Positions 1 through 9,308 of a stretch of DNA of 63,107 nt are shown here, piece by piece. The translations under genes and the position numbers were made by a program. Source of the stretch: a virus (lineage: Duplodnaviria > Caudoviricetes); the IMG/VR virus record IMGVR_UViG_3300032236_001513, positions 1 to 63,107 of that record; one strand, written 5' to 3'. Positions within the stretch are counted from its first letter, which is position 1. Every line of letters begins with the position of its first letter. Below the pieces are notes generated by a model. The model did no database searches and was not told the origin of the DNA. It worked only from the letters and a program-made list of their open reading frames with translations.

Positions 1-352
1 CACGACGAAGGATAGGAGCGAGAAACAGATTCCACTCCTGACTGTCAAAGCGTTCAGAAAGATCAGCAATAGCATCACGAGCGGCATGCCCAGTCAGACT
101 ACGTACAGAAAGGTCTTTCAGAATAGTAAAGTAATCTTCATACGGGTTTTCAGCCTCAGTGATTCCTGTGGTATCGGGAATCTGCCTAACACCAAATACC
201 AAATAAGGATTGTAACAAGCCTTGAGCATCAAAAGGAAGCGAGCAGAGACTTCATTGCCTAGCTTTGCGGCAGTCAATGCTTGTCGGATGATATCTTCCT
301 TGTGAAGACGAGAATCACTTTCGTTGAGTTTTTGAATCCAAGAAGCAGACAT
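1..352 (-). CDS. ATP-dependent DNA ligase, N-terminal part (runs off the window)
   Basis: Not in the ORF track. ATG at 352 follows GAAAGGA. Translation MSASWIQKLNESDSRLHKEDII...KACYNPYLVFGV...LSVRSLTGHAARDAI...WNLFLAPILRR resembles the N-terminal DNA-binding domain of T4 gp30-type ligases. Confidence 0.75.
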   Translation of the reverse strand, partial: MSASWIQKLNESDSRLHKEDIIRQALTAAKLGNEVSARFLLMLKACYNPYLVFGVRQIPDTTGITEAENPYEDYFTILKDLSVRSLTGHAARDAIADLSERFDSQEWNLFLAPILRR

Positions 353-387
353 ACAGGTCCTTTCAAAATATATAGATTAATTTATAA

Positions 388-486
388 TAAAAAAAGAACG
401 TCTGCGAATCAGTCCACTGAGGGAATTTACAACCCATTTAAGGGAGACCCAATTTACGAAAGACCACTCGGGATTCGCAGACGCTC
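388..486 (-). ncRNA. Structured intergenic RNA or long terminator-like element
   Basis: 15-bp closing stem (396-410 with 472-486, one G-U pair on the minus strand) encloses about 60 nt and is followed by a U-tract. Confidence 0.4.
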
Positions 487-496
487 AAGTCAACAG

Positions 497-1156
497 TTAC
501 TTCACCTTCACACGGGTAAGCTGCGAAGACCCATCACGATGCGCCTTGACAGTACCCTTGATCTTCAACGACGTACCAACTTCGATCTGTGCACGATAGC
601 TGAAGAACACCGACTTGTTATCATCAGTGATCGCAGTCAGGAAGTAGACACCCCAATTATGAGAGTAAACGCACTTCACGACCTCGACGTTGAGTTCAAC
701 CTTACCACCGACATCGCTGACGAAGCCGTTCGTATCACGGACACGACGATCAGTTTCGATACGAACCTTAGCCCGTTCAAACGAAGCAGGAAGAGACGAG
801 ATGACAGCAACGTCATAGAAGCTCTCAATCTTTTCCTTATCAGCGATACGGAGCATAGTCTGCTCAAAGTCAGACAGATTCTTACCCTGCAGGATCTTGA
901 ATGTCAGCGAGTTGCAATGCTGGCGCACTGCTTCCCCGTTCTCACGATCAGTCTCGGTGATATCAAAATCGCCCTGAAGGAACTGCGAAGTCAGCTTCTT
1001 GTTAGCAACCTTTGCAGTGTCGATGATATAGCCATCAGCGTCATACAGGTTCTGATCTTCCTTGAGGTACTCGCCGTTGACGCGCTGGGCAGCACAGGCA
1101 GCAGCAAACACATCAGCAGTCGAGTAAGAAATCTTCGGGGTCTGATAACGAGCCAT
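497..1156 (-). CDS. Hypothetical early protein with C-terminal OB-fold-like domain
   Basis: 219 aa ORF with RBS and an upstream sigma70 promoter; C-terminus (KVELNVEVVK...IKGTVKAH...QLTRVK) looks OB-like. Confidence 0.6.
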   Translation of the reverse strand: MARYQTPKISYSTADVFAAACAAQRVNGEYLKEDQNLYDADGYIIDTAKVANKKLTSQFLQGDFDITETDRENGEAVRQHCNSLTFKILQGKNLSDFEQTMLRIADKEKIESFYDVAVISSLPASFERAKVRIETDRRVRDTNGFVSDVGGKVELNVEVVKCVYSHNWGVYFLTAITDDNKSVFFSYRAQIEVGTSLKIKGTVKAHRDGSSQLTRVKVK

Positions 1157-1188
1157 TCGCTAATTCCTTCGCTTCAATCTATGATCAG

Positions 1189-1217
1189 AATGTACGCCCT
1201 TCTAATGGGCATGTCAA
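1189..1217 (-). promoter_or_regulatory. Sigma70-type early promoter
   Basis: TTGACA-17 nt-TACATT. Confidence 0.75.
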
Positions 1218-1256
1218 GCCTTAAATATGTTTTTTTCAAAAATAAAAATCGAGCAA

Positions 1257-1640
1257 TCATGCATCTAGGTACATGAAGACGACTATCATCACACATGCGA
1301 CCATCAGGCACAGAAAAAATAGGCTGAGGAATTGCAATCCAAAAATACCTGATGCAAGCACAATAGACAGACCACCAAAGCATCCGCTCATCCAAGAATA
1401 TCCTAACAGTTTAGAAAGGATGTTAAACGGAATGTAGGGATTCAAGATCAAGTGCAGCGGAGTCTTACCATCCATTACCAGTTCGGTAAGTTCAGCAGTC
1501 GATATTTCCTTCGGTGGTTCTTTCTGGTTCTTGAGGAAGAACAGTTCCTCTTTTAGATAGTCACGCTCAGCCCTAAGCTGCTGTAGCTGAAAGGAGTCCC
1601 TAGGGACACAGTGAGCATGGCGTGTTTGCTTAGTAAACAA
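1257..1640 (-). CDS. Hypothetical membrane protein
   Basis: AAGGAG RBS, TTG start, two hydrophobic C-terminal segments. Confidence 0.55.
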   Translation of the reverse strand: MFTKQTRHAHCVPRDSFQLQQLRAERDYLKEELFFLKNQKEPPKEISTAELTELVMDGKTPLHLILNPYIPFNILSKLLGYSWMSGCFGGLSIVLASGIFGLQFLSLFFLCLMVACVMIVVFMYLDA

Positions 1641-1672
1641 TATGATATCTCCTTATTATAAATAGTCAGCCG

Positions 1673-1996
1673 TCACCGGCTGACCCCAACCTCAGCATTA
1701 GGATTTTCAATGCAGGCTTTCAGGTAGTCTTCCACGAACGGCACGAAATGTTCGTACATTCCCCAACCGTTAGGAGCATTGAACTTCTGATAGTGCTCCG
1801 GATCAGCCTTCAGCTTCGCCAGACCCTCAGCCAGGGGAGCAATCAGCTGGTGAGCATGAGTGATCCCGACTTCTTCGGGGCGCCACACCGGCTCGTAAAT
1901 ACCGGCTTCCATAGCCATCTTGTTCAGATTGTGAGTGATGTTCCGCCAGTACACTTCGGTCGGACGAACTTCAGTCAGATAAACATCCAGCGACAT
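1673..1996 (-). CDS. Hypothetical phage early protein
   Basis: 107 aa; GGGAG RBS; upstream promoter; NITHN and NGWG motifs. Confidence 0.7.
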   Translation of the reverse strand: MSLDVYLTEVRPTEVYWRNITHNLNKMAMEAGIYEPVWRPEEVGITHAHQLIAPLAEGLAKLKADPEHYQKFNAPNGWGMYEHFVPFVEDYLKACIENPNAEVGVSR

Positions 1997-2023
1997 GATG
2001 AACTCCCTTTTGTCTATAGTTTT

Positions 2024-2052
2024 AATATAGCAAAATGGGTATCCGATGTCAA
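2024..2052 (-). promoter_or_regulatory. Sigma70-type early promoter
   Basis: TTGACA-17 nt-TATATT. Confidence 0.75.
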
Positions 2053-2068
2053 CCTTTTATTTCAAAAA

Positions 2069-2881
2069 TTAACCAACAATCTCGTATTCGATACCATCTG
2101 GGTCTACATAACCATTTAACATGCTGGTAAGTTTTTGGTAGGACAATATACTACGTTCATGTGCCCAATCATCATACTCTGGACTATCCTTATCCGGTTC
2201 TGGTTCAAGGTCATAATCCTTATATTCGTATTGATATCGGTCTACACGTTCTTGATTGCCCGGAAGTTTAAGCCAATCACCGATAACATCAGAAAATGCG
2301 TCATCATCAATTCCGATTACTTCACCATCCTCATCAACATAATCATCTTCGCTAGGACCTTCTGGACCGAAATACCATTCAATCAGCGGCACTAGTATCT
2401 CATCTTTTTCAGTGTCTCTGACTTCAGGCTTCGACTTCATCCGATCGGGAGGATCAAGCACGTAATTTTCATTATCTACAGTGAATCCTAAGTTCCAAAA
2501 TGAATATAACAAAATCATCATTACAAAGCCTGCTACAGATCCCTTTTCATATCTTCCCATAAAGAATCGGCTTAACCAATTGCTTTTCTGACGTATAGCT
2601 TCGGGTTCATAATATTGTATATTGAATTTTTGTTTTAGATCCAACAGTTCAGCTTTTCTTTGATCATTTGCGCTGCGGAAATATTTGTCCATTACATTAT
2701 GAAAGGCAGACCCTTCAAAGTTTGTATTTGAAGATGAAATAGCTAATTTTGGGTATGCCTTATTATACGCAGTAATAAACTGCATGAGTATAGGATAGCT
2801 TTGTGCTTTTGCAAATGGATCATCTGCTTGTGCTTCATTGATTATGTCTACGTATTTTCTAAACCAAGACGGGTCGTTCAT
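2069..2881 (-). CDS. Acidic hypothetical protein, putative capsid-internal protein
   Basis: N-terminus FRKYVDIINE|A; late promoter ATAAATA at 2904-2910. Confidence 0.6.
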   Translation of the reverse strand: MNDPSWFRKYVDIINEAQADDPFAKAQSYPILMQFITAYNKAYPKLAISSSNTNFEGSAFHNVMDKYFRSANDQRKAELLDLKQKFNIQYYEPEAIRQKSNWLSRFFMGRYEKGSVAGFVMMILLYSFWNLGFTVDNENYVLDPPDRMKSKPEVRDTEKDEILVPLIEWYFGPEGPSEDDYVDEDGEVIGIDDDAFSDVIGDWLKLPGNQERVDRYQYEYKDYDLEPEPDKDSPEYDDWAHERSILSYQKLTSMLNGYVDPDGIEYEIVG

Positions 2882-2934
2882 TTGTAAATTCCTTAGTTAC
2901 ATGTATTTATTATAGTAATGATATTTTACATAAA

Positions 2935-2965
2935 GAAAATGCCTGACAGAATGCCAGGCATTTTC
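2935..2965 (-). terminator. Intrinsic terminator
   Basis: Inverted repeat GAAAATGCCTG/CAGGCATTTTC downstream of the 2987 gene. Confidence 0.6.
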
Positions 2966-2986
2966 CACTATAACAATATCAACCTC

Positions 2987-3250
2987 TTACTTTTTAGGCT
3001 GATTTACGAACTCATACATTTTCTGAGCAGTCTCGAGGATCTTATCTAATCCTGGAAACTCCGGCATACCTACAGTAGTCACGATCTGTCCGGTCTTTTC
3101 ATCACGCTTCTGGGACACCTCCCAGCCAGCGAGTTTAGCACTATACTCAGCCTGTACTATTTCTTTAGCCATGTTAAGAATATCAGAACGAATTTCATAA
3201 CCGTTCTTATTAAACTTTACTTCTGGAAGGTTAAACATTTTATCAGTCAT
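2987..3250 (-). CDS. Hypothetical phage protein
   Basis: Likely start MTDKMF at 3250 after AAAGGA; motif NGYEIR...LETAQKMYEFVN. Confidence 0.65.
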   Translation of the reverse strand: MTDKMFNLPEVKFNKNGYEIRSDILNMAKEIVQAEYSAKLAGWEVSQKRDEKTGQIVTTVGMPEFPGLDKILETAQKMYEFVNQPKK

Positions 3251-3347
3251 TATTGCATCCTTTGAAATAATTATTGATTTCTTCACTGACTAGAAATCCA
3301 ACAGGGATAGCAATACTAGCTAATCCAAATACTCCGAATACTATCAT
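3243..3347 (-). CDS. Small membrane peptide (34 aa)
   Basis: Below the ORF-track cutoff. AGGAG RBS; MIVFGVFGLASIAIPVGFLVSEEINNYFKGCNND*. Confidence 0.55.
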   Translation of the reverse strand: MIVFGVFGLASIAIPVGFLVSEEINNYFKGCNND

Positions 3348-3359
3348 GTTTGTCTCCTA

Positions 3360-3629
3360 TTACTTTTCTTTACTAGGAAAAATGGTCTTTACGTTGTCTT
3401 GAGCCGTCTTAGACAAGTCACGATAAAAAGACTTGTCAGTGACAGTCTTATATAGGTCGTTGCCCGCATCGAGGATAGCCCCGGCAGCCTTTTTAGTATA
3501 TTCTGTTTGAGTGTCAACAAGTTTGTTGAGAGAAGTTGCGAGTCCTTCATGCTTCACGAAGGTATCAACAAAGATTTTCTTTGAAGTTTGAACCGTATCT
3601 ATGGCGGTGTCAATCATAGTCTTAAGCAT
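3360..3629 (-). CDS. Phasin-like amphipathic helical protein
   Basis: 89 aa with an amphipathic helical pattern resembling PHA-granule phasins; late promoter at 3675-3681. Confidence 0.4.
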   Translation of the reverse strand: MLKTMIDTAIDTVQTSKKIFVDTFVKHEGLATSLNKLVDTQTEYTKKAAGAILDAGNDLYKTVTDKSFYRDLSKTAQDNVKTIFPSKEK

Positions 3630-3702
3630 AACAATTTCCTTTCTGTGTGTGTGGTAGTATTCAACTACAAATACTATTTATGTAGGGAATAGTATGATAA
3701 AA

Positions 3703-4386
3703 CTATTTGGTTTTTGATCCGCTATCTAGAACCACACTAATTAGTTGTTGAATTCTAGGATTAATATTTTTAGTCATACCGGCTTTTTTTGCAGCCGTAT
3801 ATAACATTTGTGTGGCTTTCTGAGTTGCAGTATGCTGTTCAGGACTGAGTTGATTTTTAATGTAATTTGCTTGTTCAGTGGGATTTGCCATCATAAGTCT
3901 CTGTGCTATTTTAGTACTATCTTGTGTTGGAGCAGTAGCTTGCGGCGGAGCAGTCCCGTCTTGTTCTGATTCTTCCATCTGACCGTTATTAGAATCCATT
4001 GGTACACCTCCAACATTTGGATGCACGAGACCATTAAAGAAATTGAGTACAGACATTAATCCCTTACCTATATGTGACGGATCAAATGCTGCTCCTGCAA
4101 GAATGCCAACAGCAATCACTCCTAGTATTGCCATTCCTTTGACGCCCCCTTTTATTAAAGCATTAGCAAAAGTTGGAAGATATATATATCTAAATAAAGC
4201 AGTTTGACTCTTGAATGTTCTATCAACCGGAATGACCAAGGGTGGTTCTTTTGCTTCACCAATTCTACTTCTCGGAGGAGTAAACGTGTTTTCATTTAGA
4301 TACCGCTTGTTCTTAACAGAAGATGACCCGTTGATCTGGTCAAGCTGCTGTATAAGATTACGCATTTTTTCAGTATTATCTGACAT
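3703..4386 (-). CDS. Hypothetical protein with one TM segment, putative virion-internal
   Basis: MRNLIQQLDQI...YLNE N-terminus; late promoter 4421-4427; ends in TAG. Confidence 0.6.
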   Translation of the reverse strand: MSDNTEKMRNLIQQLDQINGSSSVKNKRYLNENTFTPPRSRIGEAKEPPLVIPVDRTFKSQTALFRYIYLPTFANALIKGGVKGMAILGVIAVGILAGAAFDPSHIGKGLMSVLNFFNGLVHPNVGGVPMDSNNGQMEESEQDGTAPPQATAPTQDSTKIAQRLMMANPTEQANYIKNQLSPEQHTATQKATQMLYTAAKKAGMTKNINPRIQQLISVVLDSGSKTK

Positions 4387-4453
4387 CCTAGTCTACTCCG
4401 AGATTTTATGTTGTTAATATTATTTATCTTAAATGTAAAAATTTAATCCAAAA

Positions 4454-4876
4454 CTATTTCACGGATTCCATGTATGAGTTTACAGAACCATACAAGGTAA
4501 TAAGCATTGCTATCTTATGATCATACACTCTTATATAGGGGTGCTTCTTTTTCTTTTCATCTATCCTAACCCCAACATAGTAGGGGCAATGTATCTTTTT
4601 GTTGAGCAGCATGGCATAACCTTCCCAATTGGTATTAGGAAGTGCAAAGTTTTTAATGTTTTCATCGAAGTCAAAATTATAGTGAGCTATCTTAGCTTGC
4701 TCAAACGCTTTGGCCCCCGCATCAGTCAATCGAAGACCTGTACCAATGCGGGCTGTAACAAACCACTCAAAGATTAGCTTATCAGGATCCCGATCCTTCC
4801 ATGGAAAATCGGGATCATTCTGCATTTCAGCAAGTATCGTGCTTATGATTTCTAATTTAGTTTTGGGATAAGTCAT
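4454..4876 (-). CDS. Hypothetical phage protein
   Basis: 140 aa, in an overlapping operon; GLRLT motif; ends in TAG. Confidence 0.7.
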   Translation of the reverse strand: MTYPKTKLEIISTILAEMQNDPDFPWKDRDPDKLIFEWFVTARIGTGLRLTDAGAKAFEQAKIAHYNFDFDENIKNFALPNTNWEGYAMLLNKKIHCPYYVGVRIDEKKKKHPYIRVYDHKIAMLITLYGSVNSYMESVK

Positions 4877-5162
4877 CAGGATACACTGTGCGTCCCGAAT
4901 TCATAAAAACGACAGTGAACTTGTCTGTCTTAAACTGTGCATTCAATTTGCGACAGAGATTGCGAGCGTGTCCTGGATTAGAGAAGCTGGTCTTCTTATA
5001 TTTAGGAGCAGCATCATTAGCAAGATAATGTGATGATTTAAGATTTATAGGCTGATCATCATAGAACACTGCCCATATACCAGCAGCTTCAACTATTTGG
5101 TCACACTTATAGGTCTTCTTGTCAACGTACTCTAAAAGCACATTTGGTTGCGTTCTGCTCAT
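4857..5162 (-). CDS. Hypothetical phage protein
   Basis: 101 aa; KYKKTSFSNPGHARNL motif; coupled to neighbours. Confidence 0.75.
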   Translation of the reverse strand: MSRTQPNVLLEYVDKKTYKCDQIVEAAGIWAVFYDDQPINLKSSHYLANDAAPKYKKTSFSNPGHARNLCRKLNAQFKTDKFTVVFMNSGRTVYPDDLSQN

Positions 5163-5368
5163 TTGAATGATCCACCCTTAACTTCAATTTGTACAACTTC
5201 ACTATCTTTTTCCTGATTATGTTTTTTGTTTAATTCGTGTAGATCAGCTAACAATCGCGTGATTTCATCGCGCAGTCCGCGGGCATCCGGCATGGGTAGA
5301 ACCAAATCCTTATTTTGTCTGGTATCAGCCATTGCCATCTTGTCCATGAATCGTTTGATATGAAGCAT
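5159..5368 (-). CDS. Hypothetical phage protein
   Basis: 69 aa; overlapping start/stop codons on both sides. Confidence 0.7.
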   Translation of the reverse strand: MLHIKRFMDKMAMADTRQNKDLVLPMPDARGLRDEITRLLADLHELNKKHNQEKDSEVVQIEVKGGSFK

Positions 5369-5823
5369 TATGTATTTAGCTGACTATTTGCTTCTTCTTC
5401 GGTTTTGTACGGACCTTGATAAGGATAACGCTGAATAAAAATATACTTGGGACAAAATACTGTACTCTTTACTCCGTTCTGGTCCATGACAAACCAACCT
5501 GCTGCGTGTTGACACTTAGACTTTCGAGACTTAGTGAATAAGTGCAATCCCCTCTTGACATCAAAAAGAGAATTATAAACACGCGGTGTCGTAGGATAAT
5601 CAGGATAAGGCATTGCTGCCTTTTTATTATTAGATTTGAGCGGCTCAAATCTAATTTGTGTTTTCTTTTTCAACTCTTCAGTGTTGTTGAATTGTAGCGA
5701 AGTGCCGTTGATACTAAGACCATACCCGGCATTATTCGCTTCAATGTTTCCAACCTTTTTGTTACCATCAGTAACAATCCAAAACTGATTCTTAATGATT
5801 GGCTTTGCGACTAGCTCAGACAT
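5368..5823 (-). CDS. Hypothetical phage protein
   Basis: 151 aa; AGGA RBS; FCPKYIFIQRYPYQGP motif. Confidence 0.75.
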   Translation of the reverse strand: MSELVAKPIIKNQFWIVTDGNKKVGNIEANNAGYGLSINGTSLQFNNTEELKKKTQIRFEPLKSNNKKAAMPYPDYPTTPRVYNSLFDVKRGLHLFTKSRKSKCQHAAGWFVMDQNGVKSTVFCPKYIFIQRYPYQGPYKTEEEANSQLNT

Positions 5824-6118
5824 TATTTTCCTTTGTCAACATTTTAAATAAATCTTTCTTATGCTTTGGTGTCCAGTACTTAGCATCAGGGCCGCAGTCA
5901 CCATGTTTGCGTTCAGATTCGCAATAAGTCATCTTAGCCTTAATACGTTCTGGTCCAGTAACCGGATCAATGGTATCATATTCATCTTTGAGGGTCTTTG
6001 CACACTTATACCAGTGTGATTGAGGGGGACGAAGCTCAAAGATATAACTACAATAAGCAAATAAATTGATACGAGCGTGAATACAATCCTTACACAAATA
6101 AACTGTATCAATTGCCAT
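5816..6118 (-). CDS. Cys-rich hypothetical protein
   Basis: Likely start MAIDTV at 6118 after AAGGAG; CKDC...C...C...CGP. Confidence 0.65.
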   Translation of the reverse strand: MAIDTVYLCKDCIHARINLFAYCSYIFELRPPQSHWYKCAKTLKDEYDTIDPVTGPERIKAKMTYCESERKHGDCGPDAKYWTPKHKKDLFKMLTKENNV

Positions 6119-7112
6119 TGAGAACTCCTTTGTATGGTGTATTGAGCCATTTGGAATACGTTTCAGCTTGTTCAGAAATCTTTGCGAGTTCATACTTCCC
6201 GCAGAACTTCATGAGATGAATTCCTACCTGCGGTGTAGTATTTATACGCACATTTTCCTTGATGACCGTATCGACTGCATCCTTGATTTCTTGAGGCTGG
6301 GATCTTAGATCGATCAGCGCCTTGTTGCGTTCATAGTCATCCTTTACGCGATGTTCGACACCCTCGTGGTCAACCCAGCGTTGAAGCAAGAAATTATTCC
6401 AGTGAAAGCCTTGCTTAGTGCGATCTTCGAACGCTTCACGTATGCCTACAGAGTTCTTAGAACCCTTCTCACGCACACCGGGATACGCACTGAACACGTT
6501 GTCAGTAGCATCACCGCGAATGATCTTCTTGAACAGAAGATATGCAGGATCCTCAAGCAGCTTATGCTCGCCGGTCTTCTTGTCCTTGACAGGCTTACCG
6601 CGATCATTGTAGTAGCCGTCCAGCTTGATGAGTTGACCAGCAACACCGTTATACTGATGGACATTCTCGCTGATCAACTGAACGAAGTCGGTGTCGGACG
6701 AGATGATATAATGCTGATCTTCGGGGTGTAGATCAATGAAACGAGCAATGAGGTCATCTGCTTCTGCGTTAGGATGCCGCAGGACGCTAGCGTTAGTCTT
6801 TTGTGATAGGAACGTAGTGAATGCCTCATACGTTTCCCAGAACATTTTGTTTTCTTCGACTTCTGCCTCAGTCAGTGCAGTGTTGTCGATAGCACGATGC
6901 GCCTTGTAAGGCTTGTAGAATTCCTTACGCCACGAGCGTCCCTCAAGGCAGAATACAACATGATCAATATCAAACATGCGAACTGCTTGATTGACCGATG
7001 AAAGAGTGAGATGCATAGCCATGCCTACCTTCTCCCAAGGATCAGTGTTGCGAGCCGCAACATGTCGAGCGCGGAAAAAGGTATTAGCAGTGTCGATCAA
7101 AGCGTATTTCAT
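6108..7112 (-). CDS. rnh: T4 RNase H-like 5'-3' exonuclease (FEN family)
   Basis: LID, SWRK...YKAHR, EADD, SSDTDF and GDATDNV motifs; likely start MKYALID. Confidence 0.9.
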   Translation of the reverse strand: MKYALIDTANTFFRARHVAARNTDPWEKVGMAMHLTLSSVNQAVRMFDIDHVVFCLEGRSWRKEFYKPYKAHRAIDNTALTEAEVEENKMFWETYEAFTTFLSQKTNASVLRHPNAEADDLIARFIDLHPEDQHYIISSDTDFVQLISENVHQYNGVAGQLIKLDGYYNDRGKPVKDKKTGEHKLLEDPAYLLFKKIIRGDATDNVFSAYPGVREKGSKNSVGIREAFEDRTKQGFHWNNFLLQRWVDHEGVEHRVKDDYERNKALIDLRSQPQEIKDAVDTVIKENVRINTTPQVGIHLMKFCGKYELAKISEQAETYSKWLNTPYKGVLNGN

Positions 7113-7139
7113 TCGAAGCCTTTGTTTTAATATGCTCAC

Positions 7140-7168
7140 ATAATACGCTAAATGTAAGCATATGTCAA
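7140..7168 (-). promoter_or_regulatory. Sigma70-type promoter
   Basis: TTGACA-17 nt-TATTAT upstream of rnh. Confidence 0.75.
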
Positions 7169-7176
7169 CCGAAATT

Positions 7177-8775
7177 TTACAAAGTTTGTTTTAATTTTTC
7201 GAGTCTTCTTCTTTCAGTTTCCAAATACTTGAAAAATTTGGTTCGCTTGATCGCTTTGAATGCTAAATTTTCAGGCTTATATTCAGCACCGGGGCTACCA
7301 TCTAATACTCTGTTACGAGTATCTTGAATTTTTTGCCACTCACGATTTGCCGCTAGCCATGCTTTTTCTTTGTCTTTGGTTTTGCTCCATGTAACATCGT
7401 ATGTATCATGTATTGTATTATACCAAGGAACAAAAAAGTTCTTAATCTCATCGATATGCAGATCCCTTGGAGGATTTGGTTTTCTGATCCATTTTCCATC
7501 TCTTAGCGAATAGACGGCATCAGAACTATGAATATCTCCTGCAACCCTAATAAAAAACTCTACCGGATATCCAAACATAGTATAATGATTTTGATCGTTG
7601 AAAGCTTTTCTTTGTCTTTCTAAGATAGTAGCCATTTCTGCATTTGAAGGCTTTTGATCTAGAATAACATGAACGTCAACATCTGATTCATCATGATATA
7701 CATAATTTGCTAAAGAACCTTTGAACTGAATATCTACAACTCTTACTGGATTAATTCTCATGGACCTAATGAATAAATTAGCCCAGTTTAACATAGTGTT
7801 TTGAACATCAGGCTTTAACCGATCATTATTTTCCCAGAACTTTGGATTTAGCTCATTTTTTAGAGGATACAACTCTACTAGAAACTTGTCAACCCACGGT
7901 AAAGGTCTATTTTTAACTACTTCTTTCGATGTGGTTTCATTAACCCATATATCACCGGTGTTGACCTCAACCCCTCGTTTTTTTAATACTTCAATCGCTT
8001 GTTGCCCAACAAATGTGTTAGCCTTGATGATTTTTATGATATCTGAAGGTTTTAACCCACTCTTGATCATGTCGTTAACGTCTTTGAATTCAGCTACTGA
8101 CTTAGGCCAGATACAGACCTTATATTGGTCTGAAATAGCATTGATGATCTTAGTAACGGTAGACTGTTTATCTAATTCATTATCATAGACAATAACATAT
8201 TGTTGTTTAGGATAGGGCAATGCACTTAGATTTTTAGTGATATCGCCGCCGCCAGCCATTGCGATTGCGTTAGGAATAAAGCTAGCATCGATTTCACCTT
8301 CTAGTACATAAATTGTTTTGTTAGGATCCAATTTATTAAGATTATAAATTTTAGGAGTATTTTTATTGATGATTAATTCAATATATCTAAATCTTCCGTT
8401 AGGATTAATATTTCTACATTTAAGAATGCTGATTACACCATCTTTATCGGCATATGGCAGCATTATAAATGGATCATTTGTTGGGAGATTTGGAACTTTT
8501 ACGTATGGGGAGAGATTTGCTTGTGCCCAATCTCTAATTCGTCCAGCATAGAAAACAGATTTTTTTGTTGCTAGTGTGAACTTTCTAGAATTCGCATATT
8601 TAACTGCACGATGTTTGTCACGGGGAGCTTTATCCTTATCCTGATCCTGCAATTGAAGAATAGTCGGAGCCATAGTTTGTAGTTTACTAAGAGTTAATCT
8701 ATCATCCGGCTTTTTAAAGAGCCCAAGAAACTCACGAACTGGTTCTACACCTTCTACTAATTCTGAAATAAACAT
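7177..8775 (-). CDS. Fusion of a primase-like TOPRIM domain and a pol-beta-type nucleotidyltransferase; putative virion-internal protein
   Basis: IYVLEGEIDA, VYDNE and KDVNDM (T4 gp61-like TOPRIM); KGSLANY...SDVDVH...PVE (GS-DxD NTase); N-terminus MFISELVE; late promoter 8806-8812. Confidence 0.7.
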   Translation of the reverse strand: MFISELVEGVEPVREFLGLFKKPDDRLTLSKLQTMAPTILQLQDQDKDKAPRDKHRAVKYANSRKFTLATKKSVFYAGRIRDWAQANLSPYVKVPNLPTNDPFIMLPYADKDGVISILKCRNINPNGRFRYIELIINKNTPKIYNLNKLDPNKTIYVLEGEIDASFIPNAIAMAGGGDITKNLSALPYPKQQYVIVYDNELDKQSTVTKIINAISDQYKVCIWPKSVAEFKDVNDMIKSGLKPSDIIKIIKANTFVGQQAIEVLKKRGVEVNTGDIWVNETTSKEVVKNRPLPWVDKFLVELYPLKNELNPKFWENNDRLKPDVQNTMLNWANLFIRSMRINPVRVVDIQFKGSLANYVYHDESDVDVHVILDQKPSNAEMATILERQRKAFNDQNHYTMFGYPVEFFIRVAGDIHSSDAVYSLRDGKWIRKPNPPRDLHIDEIKNFFVPWYNTIHDTYDVTWSKTKDKEKAWLAANREWQKIQDTRNRVLDGSPGAEYKPENLAFKAIKRTKFFKYLETERRRLEKLKQTL

Positions 8776-8828
8776 TAAAACTATCCCCGTTTATAATTTA
8801 TAAATTATTTATCTTTTGTGTTCAAATA

Positions 8829-9305
8829 TTAACTAACCTCGGTGTAGCCGTCACCTAAATCTCGTTGCTGAATAATACGAAGGTCTGATTCTCGTTTAGA
8901 TGGATCAGCGGCTTCTTGTTCATATACTTCTAACACTATATTACGACAGACTGTTTGAAACCATCGATCAACTATCTCAGAGTCAGTGTCAGTACTCTTG
9001 ATCTTATAACCCTGTTTGATCAAGTTGAGAATGAATTTATCATTCCAATCTAGTTCAAATGCACCGTTGTTAATATCGCTGGGGTCTAGGTCTATCTTTA
9101 GAATAGCAACGTATGGTTCGCCGGCAGCAGTTGCTTTTTGTTTATCTGTAAGCTCTACTGGTTTTGGTTTTGGCTTTTTTGGTTTACTTGGCTTCTTCAG
9201 CTTTGGTTCCGGAGGTGGCGGAGTAGGTTCTGTAGTAGGTTCTGGAATGGGTTCCGGCGCAGTGTCTACAGGTTCAGAAAACCACTTTTTCAATTTATCA
9301 AACAT
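8829..9305 (-). CDS. Hypothetical protein with Pro/Lys-rich linker
   Basis: 158 aa; GAFELDWND motif. Confidence 0.7.
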   Translation of the reverse strand: MFDKLKKWFSEPVDTAPEPIPEPTTEPTPPPPEPKLKKPSKPKKPKPKPVELTDKQKATAAGEPYVAILKIDLDPSDINNGAFELDWNDKFILNLIKQGYKIKSTDTDSEIVDRWFQTVCRNIVLEVYEQEAADPSKRESDLRIIQQRDLGDGYTEVS

Positions 9306-9308
9306 ATT

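Noticed and set aside
281-1276. 331-aa plus-strand ORF and the many other antisense ORFs in the track
   Set aside because: Shadows of minus-strand genes that have RBS, promoters and recognisable motifs.
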